Shown: positions 1 to 10,431 of the stretch, piece by piece
Numbering within the stretch: position 1 is the first letter of the stretch
Layout: every line of letters starts with the position of its first letter
Origin: a virus
Lineage: Duplodnaviria > Caudoviricetes
DNA: 64,000 nt
Direction: 5' to 3' (one strand)
Virus record (IMG/VR): IMGVR_UViG_3300028549_000507
Coordinates: 128,001 to 192,000 of that record
Made by a program: the position numbers and the translations under genes
The notes under the pieces: model-generated
Told to the model about the DNA's origin: nothing
The model's input: the letters and a program-made list of their open reading frames with translations, nothing else
Databases searched by the model: none

Positions 1-479
1 ATAGGAGACATTTCATTTCTAACTGCGTCTGTATTGATCTTTCTAACATCACCTTCTAGCATTTTCATGCGTTCTATAATCTTCATGGTATAGCTTTCCA
101 GTATATTACTAACTTCATTAATAATATCGGAATTGCTACTAAAATATATCATAAACCTAGATTTCAAGTGTGGACTCATAGAACCTATGACTTTAACAAT
201 TATACCTTGAAACTCTGGTTCGATTGGTGATGATATTTTCTTAAATACCGTTCTAGTTCCGGTATGATCTCTCTCCGAGAATAGTACAAGCTCGAGAACA
301 GATCTTGTAATAATAGATAGTGCATAAGTTTTAAGTTCTTCATGCATTATGTTATACGTATAATTCTTTGGAAGATTTGTAAATCTTTTCAAATTATCAA
401 TATATCTACCTATAATAATGGATAAATACATAACAGATACACTACAAACTAGTATAAAAATGCTTTGGAAAACAATCAT
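1..479 (-). CDS. Hypothetical protein with N-terminal transmembrane helix (runs off window start)
   Basis: Hand translation from ATG at 479 (MIVFQSIFILVCSVSVMYLSIIIGRY...) is open to position 1; upstream GGTGAGGG RBS; absent from the ORF track because no stop lies in the window. Confidence 0.75.
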   Translation of the reverse strand, partial: MIVFQSIFILVCSVSVMYLSIIIGRYIDNLKRFTNLPKNYTYNIMHEELKTYALSIITRSVLELVLFSERDHTGTRTVFKKISSPIEPEFQGIIVKVIGSMSPHLKSRFMIYFSSNSDIINEVSNILESYTMKIIERMKMLEGDVRKINTDAVRNEMSP

Positions 480-486
480 TAATCCC

Positions 487-1266
487 TCACCCATTTAAAA
501 GTACCGATCTCATTATAGGTAATATGAAGTTTATATAGTTTTGATCTATACAAACATCAATCCCCTCTTCTCCAGATAAATCCATATTACCATCAAAATA
601 AACTATTTCATTATTCATTTTGACTCCTAATCGATTATCGTTCAAAATATCTTGATATATAGATATATCTTGACTATTAATATACGATTCTCGCATATGT
701 TTAAGATTGTTGAATATCTTTGTTTCCCCTCGCTTTTGACAACTCTCAATCAATCTCAAATGTTTACTTAGGAATTTTTGTAGGAATGGAGAGTTATTAC
801 TAACCTCTTCACCAACTCCTTTACAAACAATATTGCCACTAATCATATCGAAAAATATAGTAGTTCTATTAAATCTATACATTGAACTGAACGATCCGTC
901 TTTATTTCTAAACTTAACATTACCAAATTCAGTAAACAAGGGTATCTTATTGTAAACTACTATAGAATCTCTAGTTGTATATATTAAATTTGAAGCTTTT
1001 ATCTTATTTTTAGTTATAAACATGTTAAGATATTTTAACATAAGAGCATTAACTTTACTTGACAATCCAGGCTCATCTCGCATCATCAAACCTATACGAA
1101 TATTTCTTTCTTTTTTACTAAAAGTCATGAGTTCATTGTAAATAGTATCACCTTTTAATTCTCGTATAGCCGTCGATCCCGCAGATTGTATATCGTATTC
1201 GGATATATTACCACCAATTATAGTGTCAAATAAAGTGTTAACGTTAATCAACTTTTCAAGTATCAT
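487..1266 (-). CDS. Small divergent family-B DNA polymerase palm-like protein
   Basis: PolB-like motifs in the correct order: EYDIQSA (motif A), KKERNIRIG (motif B), IYTTRDSIVV (motif C); only 259 aa, no exonuclease domain. Confidence 0.55.
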   Translation of the reverse strand: MILEKLINVNTLFDTIIGGNISEYDIQSAGSTAIRELKGDTIYNELMTFSKKERNIRIGLMMRDEPGLSSKVNALMLKYLNMFITKNKIKASNLIYTTRDSIVVYNKIPLFTEFGNVKFRNKDGSFSSMYRFNRTTIFFDMISGNIVCKGVGEEVSNNSPFLQKFLSKHLRLIESCQKRGETKIFNNLKHMRESYINSQDISIYQDILNDNRLGVKMNNEIVYFDGNMDLSGEEGIDVCIDQNYINFILPIMRSVLLNG

Positions 1267-1298
1267 AGTTAAACCTTATTTTTTATGAAACATAAATA

Positions 1299-1310
1299 CA
1301 TTAGATTGTT
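1299..1310 (-). promoter_or_regulatory. Late-type promoter AACA-N6-TR
   Basis: Minus strand AACA ATCTAA TG upstream of 487..1266. Confidence 0.55.
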
Positions 1311-1330
1311 ACCTCAAACTTTATTAAATA

Positions 1331-1356
1331 ATAAGGAGGGAATGTTCCCTCCTTAT
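1331..1356 (-). terminator. Intrinsic terminator hairpin
   Basis: ATAAGGAGGGAA/TTCCCTCCTTAT inverted repeat just after the stop of 1370..2749. Confidence 0.7.
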
Positions 1357-1369
1357 TATATATAGTCAT

Positions 1370-2749
1370 TTATACCGTTTCAGTAAACCATATTCTTTCA
1401 ACAAGTGAAGAATTAAGTAAATTCTTATCAGGATATCTTGAAATATAATCCGTAAGAGGGTATTTAATAACACCTTTAGAGTGGATAGTATATTTTTCAA
1501 ATGCTCCATCAATAAGAATCATATCTCCAACATTAATTTCTGGGAAATTGATGTGGAATGGATACGGGTAATTCTTACGACAATTGGTCTCTCTATGCAA
1601 TTTAACGGTTTTATTAGGATTTAAGCTAGAAAACTTAACTAATTTATAATCGTAAATTCCAGGAAGAAGACTTTCTAGATATTCAACAGTACTGGATTGT
1701 AGGTGGTTACCATATTCTCTCTTATAATCATCAATAACTTCAAGAAGTTTATTATAAGTTCCCAATAGTTCAACATTACCATTTTTACCAATACGATATG
1801 AAGTTCTAGGAAGAATAACTCCATTACATATTATGAAAGAATTTTCATCAACATCAGCTTCAAATGATAGTTCTGACAGGTAATCGAATCTAACCTTACT
1901 ATTATTAAAATCAACCTCAACATCATTATGCATCTGGTAATCACTACCATATGTATCAATTTTGAGGTTATTCCATTTGAATATTTTCAAATCGAATACA
2001 TATCCTTTAAGCTCTTGAGAACTATTGAATACTACTGCCGCAGTATTATCACTGTGTCTGTTGAGTGTCGAATTAGGTTTGAATCCAATTCGTTCAGGAT
2101 ACATAATAGAAAGAGCGTTTCTAATAAATACAGTTTTACTATCAAACCTTGTAGCACTAACAAACATTCCGTTAAGCCACACTAGAGTATTATCCAATCC
2201 TCCTAGGATTCTATCATCCTTAAGACCAACCTTAAGGTCTCTAGAACTCACAGGATCATCTGTCGTCGGATTATCGAAGTTTGAAAGTTTAGTATCTACA
2301 AGATTCTTATCCTTTTGAGATATTAGAATATTGTGAATAACCGTATCAAACTTCAATCCATCAAATTCTCCAATATGAGAAACATTACCAACTGCATCAG
2401 TGTAGAATGCTTCTTTTATATCTTTTTCTTGAACTTTATACAAGTTTCTATTTGTAAAGATATTTTTATAGATATTCACATAGCTATTTGTAGTCGTTTT
2501 ATACAATCCTAGGTCAACCCATTGGGTAAGTGTTCCATTGTTTATAATATCATAAGATTTATAATATTCTTTTACAATAGGATTTCTACCAAATGTAGTC
2601 TTTAATGCTATATACGAATGGATAGGACTAGAAGAAGGAGTATTGCTACTATAAGCAACAACACTCCCATCCAGAAATTCCAAGTATATGGCACCTTTAG
2701 GCATTGAATTTAAAAAAGGTTCAACTTTTTCATTCAATATCTGGTGCAT
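1370..2749 (-). CDS. Putative virion structural (baseplate-region) protein
   Basis: 459-aa ORF with AGGAG RBS, last gene of a tightly packed operon; WLNG/ICNG/LIDG repeated beta motifs typical of jumbo-phage baseplate proteins. Confidence 0.55.
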   Translation of the reverse strand: MHQILNEKVEPFLNSMPKGAIYLEFLDGSVVAYSSNTPSSSPIHSYIALKTTFGRNPIVKEYYKSYDIINNGTLTQWVDLGLYKTTTNSYVNIYKNIFTNRNLYKVQEKDIKEAFYTDAVGNVSHIGEFDGLKFDTVIHNILISQKDKNLVDTKLSNFDNPTTDDPVSSRDLKVGLKDDRILGGLDNTLVWLNGMFVSATRFDSKTVFIRNALSIMYPERIGFKPNSTLNRHSDNTAAVVFNSSQELKGYVFDLKIFKWNNLKIDTYGSDYQMHNDVEVDFNNSKVRFDYLSELSFEADVDENSFIICNGVILPRTSYRIGKNGNVELLGTYNKLLEVIDDYKREYGNHLQSSTVEYLESLLPGIYDYKLVKFSSLNPNKTVKLHRETNCRKNYPYPFHINFPEINVGDMILIDGAFEKYTIHSKGVIKYPLTDYISRYPDKNLLNSSLVERIWFTETV

Positions 2750-2767
2750 ATATCATCTCCTATATAA

Positions 2768-4357
2768 TTATTTCAAATGACATACGTAAAGTTTTGTAAC
2801 AAACTTAGACCCATTATCACCAGGTTTGTAGAATTGTACAAGAAGTGGAATATTCTTAGAAGCCATTTCTACCGTAGCAATGGCTGTATTCAAGGCAAAC
2901 CCTGCTCCAGCGTCACCAATAGCTACACCATTTGCAATAAGTTTAGATCCAAGATTACCATACGGCAATGTATACACATCGAAGTGTGTAGGAACTTTTT
3001 CTATACCATTAACAGATACTTTAGCAAATGTCGCGAAATCACTAATGCCATCGATCTTGTATACACCATTTGTGGTGGATATTTCTCCATAGATATTAGT
3101 CAATCCGCCCATAGCAATAACGTGTTTATTGGTACTAGTTTTACCAGTAAACGTATATGTCAAACGTTTATCAATAGTACCCATAACTCCGAGTTTGAAA
3201 TCACTTATAATAGGAGTTGCCAAGTTATTAACAATTGCCGATGTAGAAGCATCCGCAACTTTACAAGATGTAACTTCATACGAATTACCATTATCATCGG
3301 TAGCCCAATATTTCTTAGAAATAGTTGTAACACTATTTGTATTTGGGGTGAAATATATTGGAGTTATAACCGGATTAGGTACAGTCAGATCGTCTATAAC
3401 ATGAAGTTTTACAGTCTTACTAACAAAATTAGTTCCAGCAGGATTATATGTAAATGTAAGTAAGAACGGATTATCGCCTGTAATACTTGTAGTATTAATG
3501 GTATCAATTCCGGCATTAGTGCCATTCACTTTTATAGTCAATTTACTTCCAAGAGTATTTGTAACATCAACAACTTGTCCGCCATTATATTTAGCCATAA
3601 CCATAAATGTAATATCATTTATAGATGCACCTTTGAATAATTTAGCATCACCATTAGCAGTTGTACTAGATGGAGTTACAAGGAGTTCAGTGATACCATC
3701 GCCAATATCGCCTCCAGCATAATAAAGCATATATTCAGCATGGAATACATCTCTATCAATTAGACGCTTAGACTCATCATAGAATTCTACAATATATGTA
3801 TCACCATCATTAAGAGTTTTATTTGGGAGAATAAAACCTGGATTAGGCTTCATAACAATCTGATTTGATGACGGAGTTGTTCCCATAGGAATAGGAGTTC
3901 CGCCAGAATTCAGAAGATATCCGCCCATAGATACGATATTCGTAGTAACTACACCATTATCAATTACTCCTGTAATATACCCACTCCCATCACGAATTGC
4001 ATAATACTTATACGTATGAGGGTATACCAAGTTCTTATTGAAATTAACAGTCTTATTTACATTATCAAAAAGAAAATAAGTCAATTCTTTACTAATCAAG
4101 CCTGCACTAGCATTGTCGATTACACCAGTATTTTCCAATTGTCCAAGTAGATCGGTTACAGCTTTAGATTCACTAACGAACTCCCAAACTCCCGTATCTT
4201 TATAAACAATTCTACCAATAGAACCAGTACCTTCGTCATCATATACAATTTCATTATCATAAGGAATTATCGCATCGACAGCCGTAAATAGGGATAAAGG
4301 CGTAACGATAAATACCGGTCTACCTCTTTTAGCGGGGTTAACACTATTCATTATCAA
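2768..4357 (-). CDS. Putative baseplate/virion structural protein
   Basis: 529 aa; LNDGDTYIVEFYD segment resembles conserved phiKZ-like virion proteins; Thr/Gly-rich beta C-terminus; overlaps the upstream gene by 4 nt. Confidence 0.6.
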   Translation of the reverse strand: MIMNSVNPAKRGRPVFIVTPLSLFTAVDAIIPYDNEIVYDDEGTGSIGRIVYKDTGVWEFVSESKAVTDLLGQLENTGVIDNASAGLISKELTYFLFDNVNKTVNFNKNLVYPHTYKYYAIRDGSGYITGVIDNGVVTTNIVSMGGYLLNSGGTPIPMGTTPSSNQIVMKPNPGFILPNKTLNDGDTYIVEFYDESKRLIDRDVFHAEYMLYYAGGDIGDGITELLVTPSSTTANGDAKLFKGASINDITFMVMAKYNGGQVVDVTNTLGSKLTIKVNGTNAGIDTINTTSITGDNPFLLTFTYNPAGTNFVSKTVKLHVIDDLTVPNPVITPIYFTPNTNSVTTISKKYWATDDNGNSYEVTSCKVADASTSAIVNNLATPIISDFKLGVMGTIDKRLTYTFTGKTSTNKHVIAMGGLTNIYGEISTTNGVYKIDGISDFATFAKVSVNGIEKVPTHFDVYTLPYGNLGSKLIANGVAIGDAGAGFALNTAIATVEMASKNIPLLVQFYKPGDNGSKFVTKLYVCHLK

Positions 4358-7300
4358 TCTCCAGTCGCTTTAAATGTTGGACCTCTACCCACAATGATAT
4401 CATCACCTTCAAATGTGACATCTGCTCTTATTGGTAGTAAGTCTCTTTTAAATATTCTATTGCTATGTTTAAACTCTTCATATCTTTCAAATCCGTCCTG
4501 TATACTCAGTTCGTTTTCTACACAACATTCTAAGAAATTTTTAACAGTTTCACCATAATCAAATCCACCATACGTTTCGCGCTTTGTAGATAATTCTATA
4601 TTATTAATTATAGAATTTAACCAAGGTCGAAGTATAACATCTCTATTAGTTTGACCTATATCTAAGAATATTTCAAGCTCATTTAATATATTCAAAGGGA
4701 TATCTTCATAAGATTTCCACTGATGATTACATCTATCGCTTATAAAATATCTAAGGTATGCGTCTAAATATAGATTATATCTAGGGGATATATACTCAGA
4801 TGATCTAATTCTATTAGGAGTTTTGTAATTTGAATCTACATATTTATCAAATGACTCATATAATGCATCACTTTCAAGTCTACCAAGACCATTAACCATA
4901 CCTTTAAAATCTATATCATAATTACTAAAAGAGTGTTTTATGAATTTCTCAAAGTTACTCTCATTATAGAATTCTATAAAAGGTGCTAGTTGCGTAAATG
5001 AAGCTCTCAAGTTAAATTCAACAAATACGTTTTGAAGACTTACTTCCTCATCATACAATCTAATAAGTTTATCAGACAATCTGTTTATATACTTCGGGTT
5101 TATGGATTTATTATTAGCATAAACTCTAGTATATCTACTAGAATATGGAAATTTCATCTTACTCAAATATAAAAGTCCATACTTATTAGGACCAGTATCT
5201 TCTATATTCATTGAAGGATATTCGAAACTATTGGTATATTCTGGCATGATTGCGATATTAATAATACTATCAGCTTCTAATTCTCTTTTGAAAATTATAC
5301 AAGAACCTCTAATTGCACTTGTATTAAGTTGATGTTTTATCATATAATCGATACCTTCGAACAACCGATATCCCTCACCCTCAACCGAAACAGAGAATGC
5401 CCCAGTATGTATAATTGGAACTTTAACATCGTGATATTCATCATTGTAATAGAAAGATTCAATTCCGGCATATAAACCTTGAAATAATGATTCGTAAGTA
5501 TCATTAAAATCTTTTACTTTAACTTGTAATAGTTTATGATGTTTTAGGGAAGTGACGATTACCATATCAAGACGAGGATCATCTTTAAAAAACTTTTTTT
5601 CAAAGTTTATATAAATCTTACCATCACCACCGATAAGTCTCGGAGCCTCTGATCCTGGTATAATTCTAAAACCATACTCAGAGTCATCTATATAAATCCC
5701 AATAGGATCAAATTCCCGTTTCACAAGAGCAATAACTTTAAAGTCATCTATAGAATGTATTGAACCAAATGTATCCAATACAGCCATATATACATTATTA
5801 TTTCCAAAGTTATCTACAAATTCAGATCCTTCTAGACGTTGTACTGGCACAATTTTATAAGATGAGTTGTAGTATATAGATGAACTCTCTATTATTACAA
5901 CATCATTATCACAGCCAACTTTAAACCATTTCTTATCTACATCAGTCGAATGATATCGCATATTATCATGAACTATAAACTCTTCAATAGAAGCAATCTT
6001 ACCATTCACATCAATTATACGTATAACCTTTGTTCCAGAGTCATAAGTTATACTATGTCCAATTGTAACATGGTCAGCAATACCATCATAACAAGCAAGT
6101 TTTCTAACTTCTTCTGCGGCAAAGTAATCCATAAAATCGGAAATAAGATATCTACATTTATTCAATATCATTTGAATTCTCTGATTAACGTCTGGAACAT
6201 TGTATAATTCTTTTAAGAATAGCATGAAATCCGCATAATCGAATCCCTCACCCTCTATAACATTATTCATAATTCCGACAGGATCAACAATAGATAGCGG
6301 TTGGGTATCTTTTACTAAATTATTATATCTAGTAATGTATTCTTCTAGATTAGAATTATTTGTATCATTCATAAGTAATGATGTAACGCCTCTAACACCT
6401 ATCATATTATATATATAATAATCTTCATTATAGATCTTAACATTTTCGGTTGAAATAATATCATTATCCGTAAATATGATACTATAAGTATCTCCAGCGG
6501 AGATAGACTCATTTAAACAATGATAATCAACTCTACCAACTTGAGTTATGGACGAATTCTCTATTCTTAATCCGTTTTTGAAAAACATACAATTATCTAC
6601 AGATATAGGACCGTATAATGGATCCATAAATTCAAGTTCATCGGAATTTGAGTTATTATATCTACCTATACTGAATGGTATTTTATCAAGTGGGGCATCT
6701 ATACTTCTTGTAGAAGAGTATTTTATAGATCTATCGATAAATATTTCAACATTACCAGATATAAGCTTATTGAAATTTACTCTATAAACCCAATTGGAAG
6801 ATGATACTGTTGATATAATATTTCCGATATATATCCCATCAACGAATGCAATTACGCTCATTTTTTCACTAGATATATTTCTATGAGAACCATATCCAAA
6901 TTCTATAAATGATGAGTTATTACCCTTAACATATACACCCGCATAAGTATTATCTGTAAACTGTCTACGTTCAACAATTATATCAAATTTAGTAATACTG
7001 CTATTATTCTTAAATACTGGAAGAGATTTTGACAAAATTATATTTGTACCACTCTTGCCAACGTAAAGAAGAACCTCGCTATCAGGAATCTTATATCCAT
7101 TAACATAAACGAATAAACTATCCTTATTATTTCCAAATCTAACATTTGATCTATGAAAATCGGGAGTATCACAACCGCTCAATTTCATATTTGTAAATAT
7201 ATTAAACGCATCAAGTATACCATATCTATTTGTAGGCTGTTGCGGGATGGTTAATAATGGTCCATCCCCAACCTTACATGCCCCATTGAATATATAATTT

Positions 7301-7455
7301 TTACCAGATGGAGTAGTACAACTGGCTGTATCAAATTCAAAGTCCATGATTGATTTTATACTACTATCACCAAGTTCCAATCTAGAAGCTACGGCGATAG
7401 ATTTCGTTAAAAGGTCATTGTATATTTCCAATGAACTTACACCAGATCCAAACAT
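4354..7455 (-). CDS. Large putative virion structural protein
   Basis: 1033 aa with repeated YVNG/FVDG/FKNG/YANN motifs; AAGGAG RBS; operon context. Confidence 0.6.
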   Translation of the reverse strand: MFGSGVSSLEIYNDLLTKSIAVASRLELGDSSIKSIMDFEFDTASCTTPSGKNYIFNGACKVGDGPLLTIPQQPTNRYGILDAFNIFTNMKLSGCDTPDFHRSNVRFGNNKDSLFVYVNGYKIPDSEVLLYVGKSGTNIILSKSLPVFKNNSSITKFDIIVERRQFTDNTYAGVYVKGNNSSFIEFGYGSHRNISSEKMSVIAFVDGIYIGNIISTVSSSNWVYRVNFNKLISGNVEIFIDRSIKYSSTRSIDAPLDKIPFSIGRYNNSNSDELEFMDPLYGPISVDNCMFFKNGLRIENSSITQVGRVDYHCLNESISAGDTYSIIFTDNDIISTENVKIYNEDYYIYNMIGVRGVTSLLMNDTNNSNLEEYITRYNNLVKDTQPLSIVDPVGIMNNVIEGEGFDYADFMLFLKELYNVPDVNQRIQMILNKCRYLISDFMDYFAAEEVRKLACYDGIADHVTIGHSITYDSGTKVIRIIDVNGKIASIEEFIVHDNMRYHSTDVDKKWFKVGCDNDVVIIESSSIYYNSSYKIVPVQRLEGSEFVDNFGNNNVYMAVLDTFGSIHSIDDFKVIALVKREFDPIGIYIDDSEYGFRIIPGSEAPRLIGGDGKIYINFEKKFFKDDPRLDMVIVTSLKHHKLLQVKVKDFNDTYESLFQGLYAGIESFYYNDEYHDVKVPIIHTGAFSVSVEGEGYRLFEGIDYMIKHQLNTSAIRGSCIIFKRELEADSIINIAIMPEYTNSFEYPSMNIEDTGPNKYGLLYLSKMKFPYSSRYTRVYANNKSINPKYINRLSDKLIRLYDEEVSLQNVFVEFNLRASFTQLAPFIEFYNESNFEKFIKHSFSNYDIDFKGMVNGLGRLESDALYESFDKYVDSNYKTPNRIRSSEYISPRYNLYLDAYLRYFISDRCNHQWKSYEDIPLNILNELEIFLDIGQTNRDVILRPWLNSIINNIELSTKRETYGGFDYGETVKNFLECCVENELSIQDGFERYEEFKHSNRIFKRDLLPIRADVTFEGDDIIVGRGPTFKATGD

Positions 7456-7464
7456 ATTTTCTCC

Positions 7465-8472
7465 TTACTTGGAGTTTGAGAATACTGTCAAAAGAGCATC
7501 CACAATATTATCAACCTGACTTTTAATAGCCTTTGAGATAAATTTATCATTATAAAACCCAATAGGCACAGTTAGTATCATATTCATAAATGAGGTAGAA
7601 TGTTCAATAGAAAACCATGAATTTGCACCATACATCTTCTGCCACAGGTTTGCAACAAGTCGAATATTGAATGTACCTTCACGAATATAATCACTAAACT
7701 CATAAGCATAAACTTCTAAGAATTCTGTAAGAGTTTCGAACTGCAATTTACCTTCTCTAAGTAGCTTACAGTCGCCTTCAATACTAGCTCTATCAGATAT
7801 TCTTGATGAGAATACTATATTTTTAGCATCTTCAATACTATATCCGAAGAAAGTTTTCAAGCAAAATACTGCAGATAGGAATAGTGATACAGAGAATACA
7901 TCAGAGTTTGCTGATATAGGGTATGCTCTATCGATACATTTTGAAAAAAGTCTAGAATATGCTATAGCAGTATTCTTAACAATGACTCCAGATTTATCTA
8001 TAATAGCTTCATTCTTCTTACAATTAGCATCAACATATGCGAATTGTAGAAGTGAATACAGTTCTACTTCTTTAATCTTGAGAGATTCTACATTTTTCAT
8101 AGTATCTCTTGTATATCTCGCTCTAGAAGATAGATCAACATATCCCACAATACCTCCAGGAGTACTGAATGTGGGGATTGTTGTTGTAAGGATTATAGGT
8201 CTATCCTTCAAATCCTTAGGCTCTACAAGAAGAAGTGGTTTAATAGTTTCTTCTAATGCAGCCTTTACAATAAGTCTACTAAGCGGGTACTTATACGATC
8301 TCATAGCTTTTACCATGAAATCATAGTGTTTACTTTCTATAGTATATTTATCTACACTCTGAGATATGTCAACAAGGGTTCGCATGAGTGACCCTTTGAA
8401 GCTTGCGTCCGCTAATTTGAATAGCTCACATGAACTTAATTTATTCAAAACTTCCTCCAAATTTATTAACAT
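7465..8472 (-). CDS. Hypothetical protein (likely late/virion)
   Basis: 335-aa ORF heading the structural operon, directly downstream of a late-type promoter. Confidence 0.6.
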   Translation of the reverse strand: MLINLEEVLNKLSSCELFKLADASFKGSLMRTLVDISQSVDKYTIESKHYDFMVKAMRSYKYPLSRLIVKAALEETIKPLLLVEPKDLKDRPIILTTTIPTFSTPGGIVGYVDLSSRARYTRDTMKNVESLKIKEVELYSLLQFAYVDANCKKNEAIIDKSGVIVKNTAIAYSRLFSKCIDRAYPISANSDVFSVSLFLSAVFCLKTFFGYSIEDAKNIVFSSRISDRASIEGDCKLLREGKLQFETLTEFLEVYAYEFSDYIREGTFNIRLVANLWQKMYGANSWFSIEHSTSFMNMILTVPIGFYNDKFISKAIKSQVDNIVDALLTVFSNSK

Positions 8473-8478
8473 TTAAAT

Positions 8479-8490
8479 CATTCATATGTT
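8479..8490 (-). promoter_or_regulatory. Late-type promoter AACA-N6-TR
   Basis: Minus strand AACA TATGAA TG, 7 nt before the ATG at 8472. Confidence 0.6.
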
Positions 8491-8511
8491 CTTGGCGTCT
8501 ATTTTATAAAA

Positions 8512-8546
8512 AAAAATGGGTGAGGGTTGAACCCTCACCCATTTTT
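8512..8546 (-). terminator. Intrinsic terminator after RNAP beta-prime
   Basis: AAAAATGGGTGAGGG/CCCTCACCCATTTTT inverted repeat with T-run on the minus strand. Confidence 0.8.
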
Positions 8547-8564
8547 CTCTTTTCACATTCTCCC

Positions 8565-10352
8565 CTAAGCGCCTAGAAACTCATTAAGGTTCCAGATATC
8601 TTCAGGATCATAGTTGAATGTCTTATTATTTTTATCAAGAGAATCATAGAAATCTCTTGAAGTTATAATTTTGGTTTTATCAACTTTACTTTCATTAATA
8701 TGTTCAATTCTATCATAATTAACTTCTGTATCATTGAAATATCCATCTACTTTACATTTCTTATCGATTTCTCGAACAGTTTTGATAGCGATGAATTTCT
8801 TATAATTGAATGGAAACTTAATACTACTTTGAATCTCACTAAGAGGTTTGAACTTATGTTCACCAATAGCGATAGGCTTATACGCTTTATCAAAGAATGA
8901 TCTTAAGAAACTGTATTCATCTTTAATAAGTGCCATATTAGAATTGTAATATCCACCAGATCTATCGAGGATAAGTTTAGAAGGTCTAAATCCTTCTTTA
9001 AATGCCTCGATAACACAGAGTTCTTTAGGAGCATATACATTCAATACGTCTCCGTCAAAGTCTCCGTTAAATTCAACAAGTGAATTATGCTGGATAGTTA
9101 GAATATTATTTTTAGCATCTTTAAATACATCTGCTACTCTTAAGCACTGAATAGATCCTAGGTCGAAAGATGGGTTTCTGTTAACGATTACCCAGATTCC
9201 GTCATCTCGTCTATTATGTACAAGCTTATAAATAATATCAAAGATAAATGGATCAACCTCTTCAGAATACTTACATTTATTAACATACACTCGACATTCG
9301 GGCGTAGTCATATTTGCAAATATAGGGTTACCAATACCTTTAAGCATACAATTTATAATTTCAAGTTCAAACATTCCCATAAAACACTTATAAGACATTT
9401 TCACAGAATCAATGTCGTCTATATCTGTTTCGGAAACGATAACCATTCGACTACTATACCAAACTCGACCAGAAATAATACTACTTCTAATCAACTTTTC
9501 CTTACCAATTAATCTAGAGATAGTCAACTCATAGATCTGCATAAGGTTTCTTTGGATAGTACCGAGTATCTCCATAGCTTTAATACCCACACGATCTCCT
9601 TTTTTAACCAATCTAATATTTGCAATAATCGATATAAGTATCGCATTAATATTATGGAAATTGAAAGATACGTTTTTAGTGGAAATAAATCCTGGTCTAT
9701 GGGCTGGACTCATTACATAAATCTTACTTGAAAAAGTAATATTACGTCTATCCATAAGTATCTGATAAAGCTCTGGTTTGGTTGTTGACTGTTTGAAGTA
9801 TTCCAATACTTCAACATATCGACGTTCAAATTCCATCATACCAATCCCTTTAAAAGGATTCGCGACATCCTTTTTGAATGTGTCGGGATCTGAAGTATCA
9901 AGGTGAATAATCTCATCGATTATAAATGAACGTTTTCTCTTACCAATGTAAGCTTTAATCTTGTGATAAATTGATGGAATGATTATTTTATATTCCAACA
10001 AGTCAATCCACCCTCTACGGAGTAACTCAACGGAATATTTAATCTCAACTACAGAAGAACAATCAGGGCACGTCTGACCTTCGTTATATCTTCCTATAAG
10101 TTTCCCACAATCACAAGAGTATTCGATAATTTTATTATCAGTTTCAACTGGAATATTGAATCTTGGGTCAAATACACTATTGTTATTCGGCTTCATGACG
10201 TTCTCTCGGATAACATCCGAACTTTCCATCATGATCGGATTGCCCAATTCCAAGTCTTTTTGATATTCTCTTTCCCAGTCAGAATGATCCATTCTATAAA
10301 CTGTTCGCGCTATAGAATAGTCGCGTCTAGTTAATTTACTTAAGTCAATCAA
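8565..10352 (-). CDS. rpoC: Phage multisubunit RNA polymerase beta-prime subunit, N-terminal part including the catalytic loop
   Basis: Zn finger YSCDCG...TCPDC, SGRVWYSSRMVI, VIVNRNPSF and EFNGDFDGD motifs; TTG start with GGAGGG RBS. Virion versus non-virion enzyme cannot be fixed from sequence alone. Confidence 0.95.
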   Translation of the reverse strand: MIDLSKLTRRDYSIARTVYRMDHSDWEREYQKDLELGNPIMMESSDVIRENVMKPNNNSVFDPRFNIPVETDNKIIEYSCDCGKLIGRYNEGQTCPDCSSVVEIKYSVELLRRGWIDLLEYKIIIPSIYHKIKAYIGKRKRSFIIDEIIHLDTSDPDTFKKDVANPFKGIGMMEFERRYVEVLEYFKQSTTKPELYQILMDRRNITFSSKIYVMSPAHRPGFISTKNVSFNFHNINAILISIIANIRLVKKGDRVGIKAMEILGTIQRNLMQIYELTISRLIGKEKLIRSSIISGRVWYSSRMVIVSETDIDDIDSVKMSYKCFMGMFELEIINCMLKGIGNPIFANMTTPECRVYVNKCKYSEEVDPFIFDIIYKLVHNRRDDGIWVIVNRNPSFDLGSIQCLRVADVFKDAKNNILTIQHNSLVEFNGDFDGDVLNVYAPKELCVIEAFKEGFRPSKLILDRSGGYYNSNMALIKDEYSFLRSFFDKAYKPIAIGEHKFKPLSEIQSSIKFPFNYKKFIAIKTVREIDKKCKVDGYFNDTEVNYDRIEHINESKVDKTKIITSRDFYDSLDKNNKTFNYDPEDIWNLNEFLGA

Positions 10353-10370
10353 ACTGCCCTCCGTTTATAT

Positions 10371-10405
10371 AAAAAGAAAAAGAGGTTCCCATAAAGGGAA
10401 CCTCT
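10371..10405 (-). terminator. Intrinsic terminator between the FG/MG-tail gene and beta-prime
   Basis: AGAGGTTCCC/GGGAACCTCT stem followed on the minus strand by TTTTTCTTTTT. Confidence 0.8.
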
Positions 10406-10431
10406 CTAAAATAGTAATGGTATCTAGGAAC

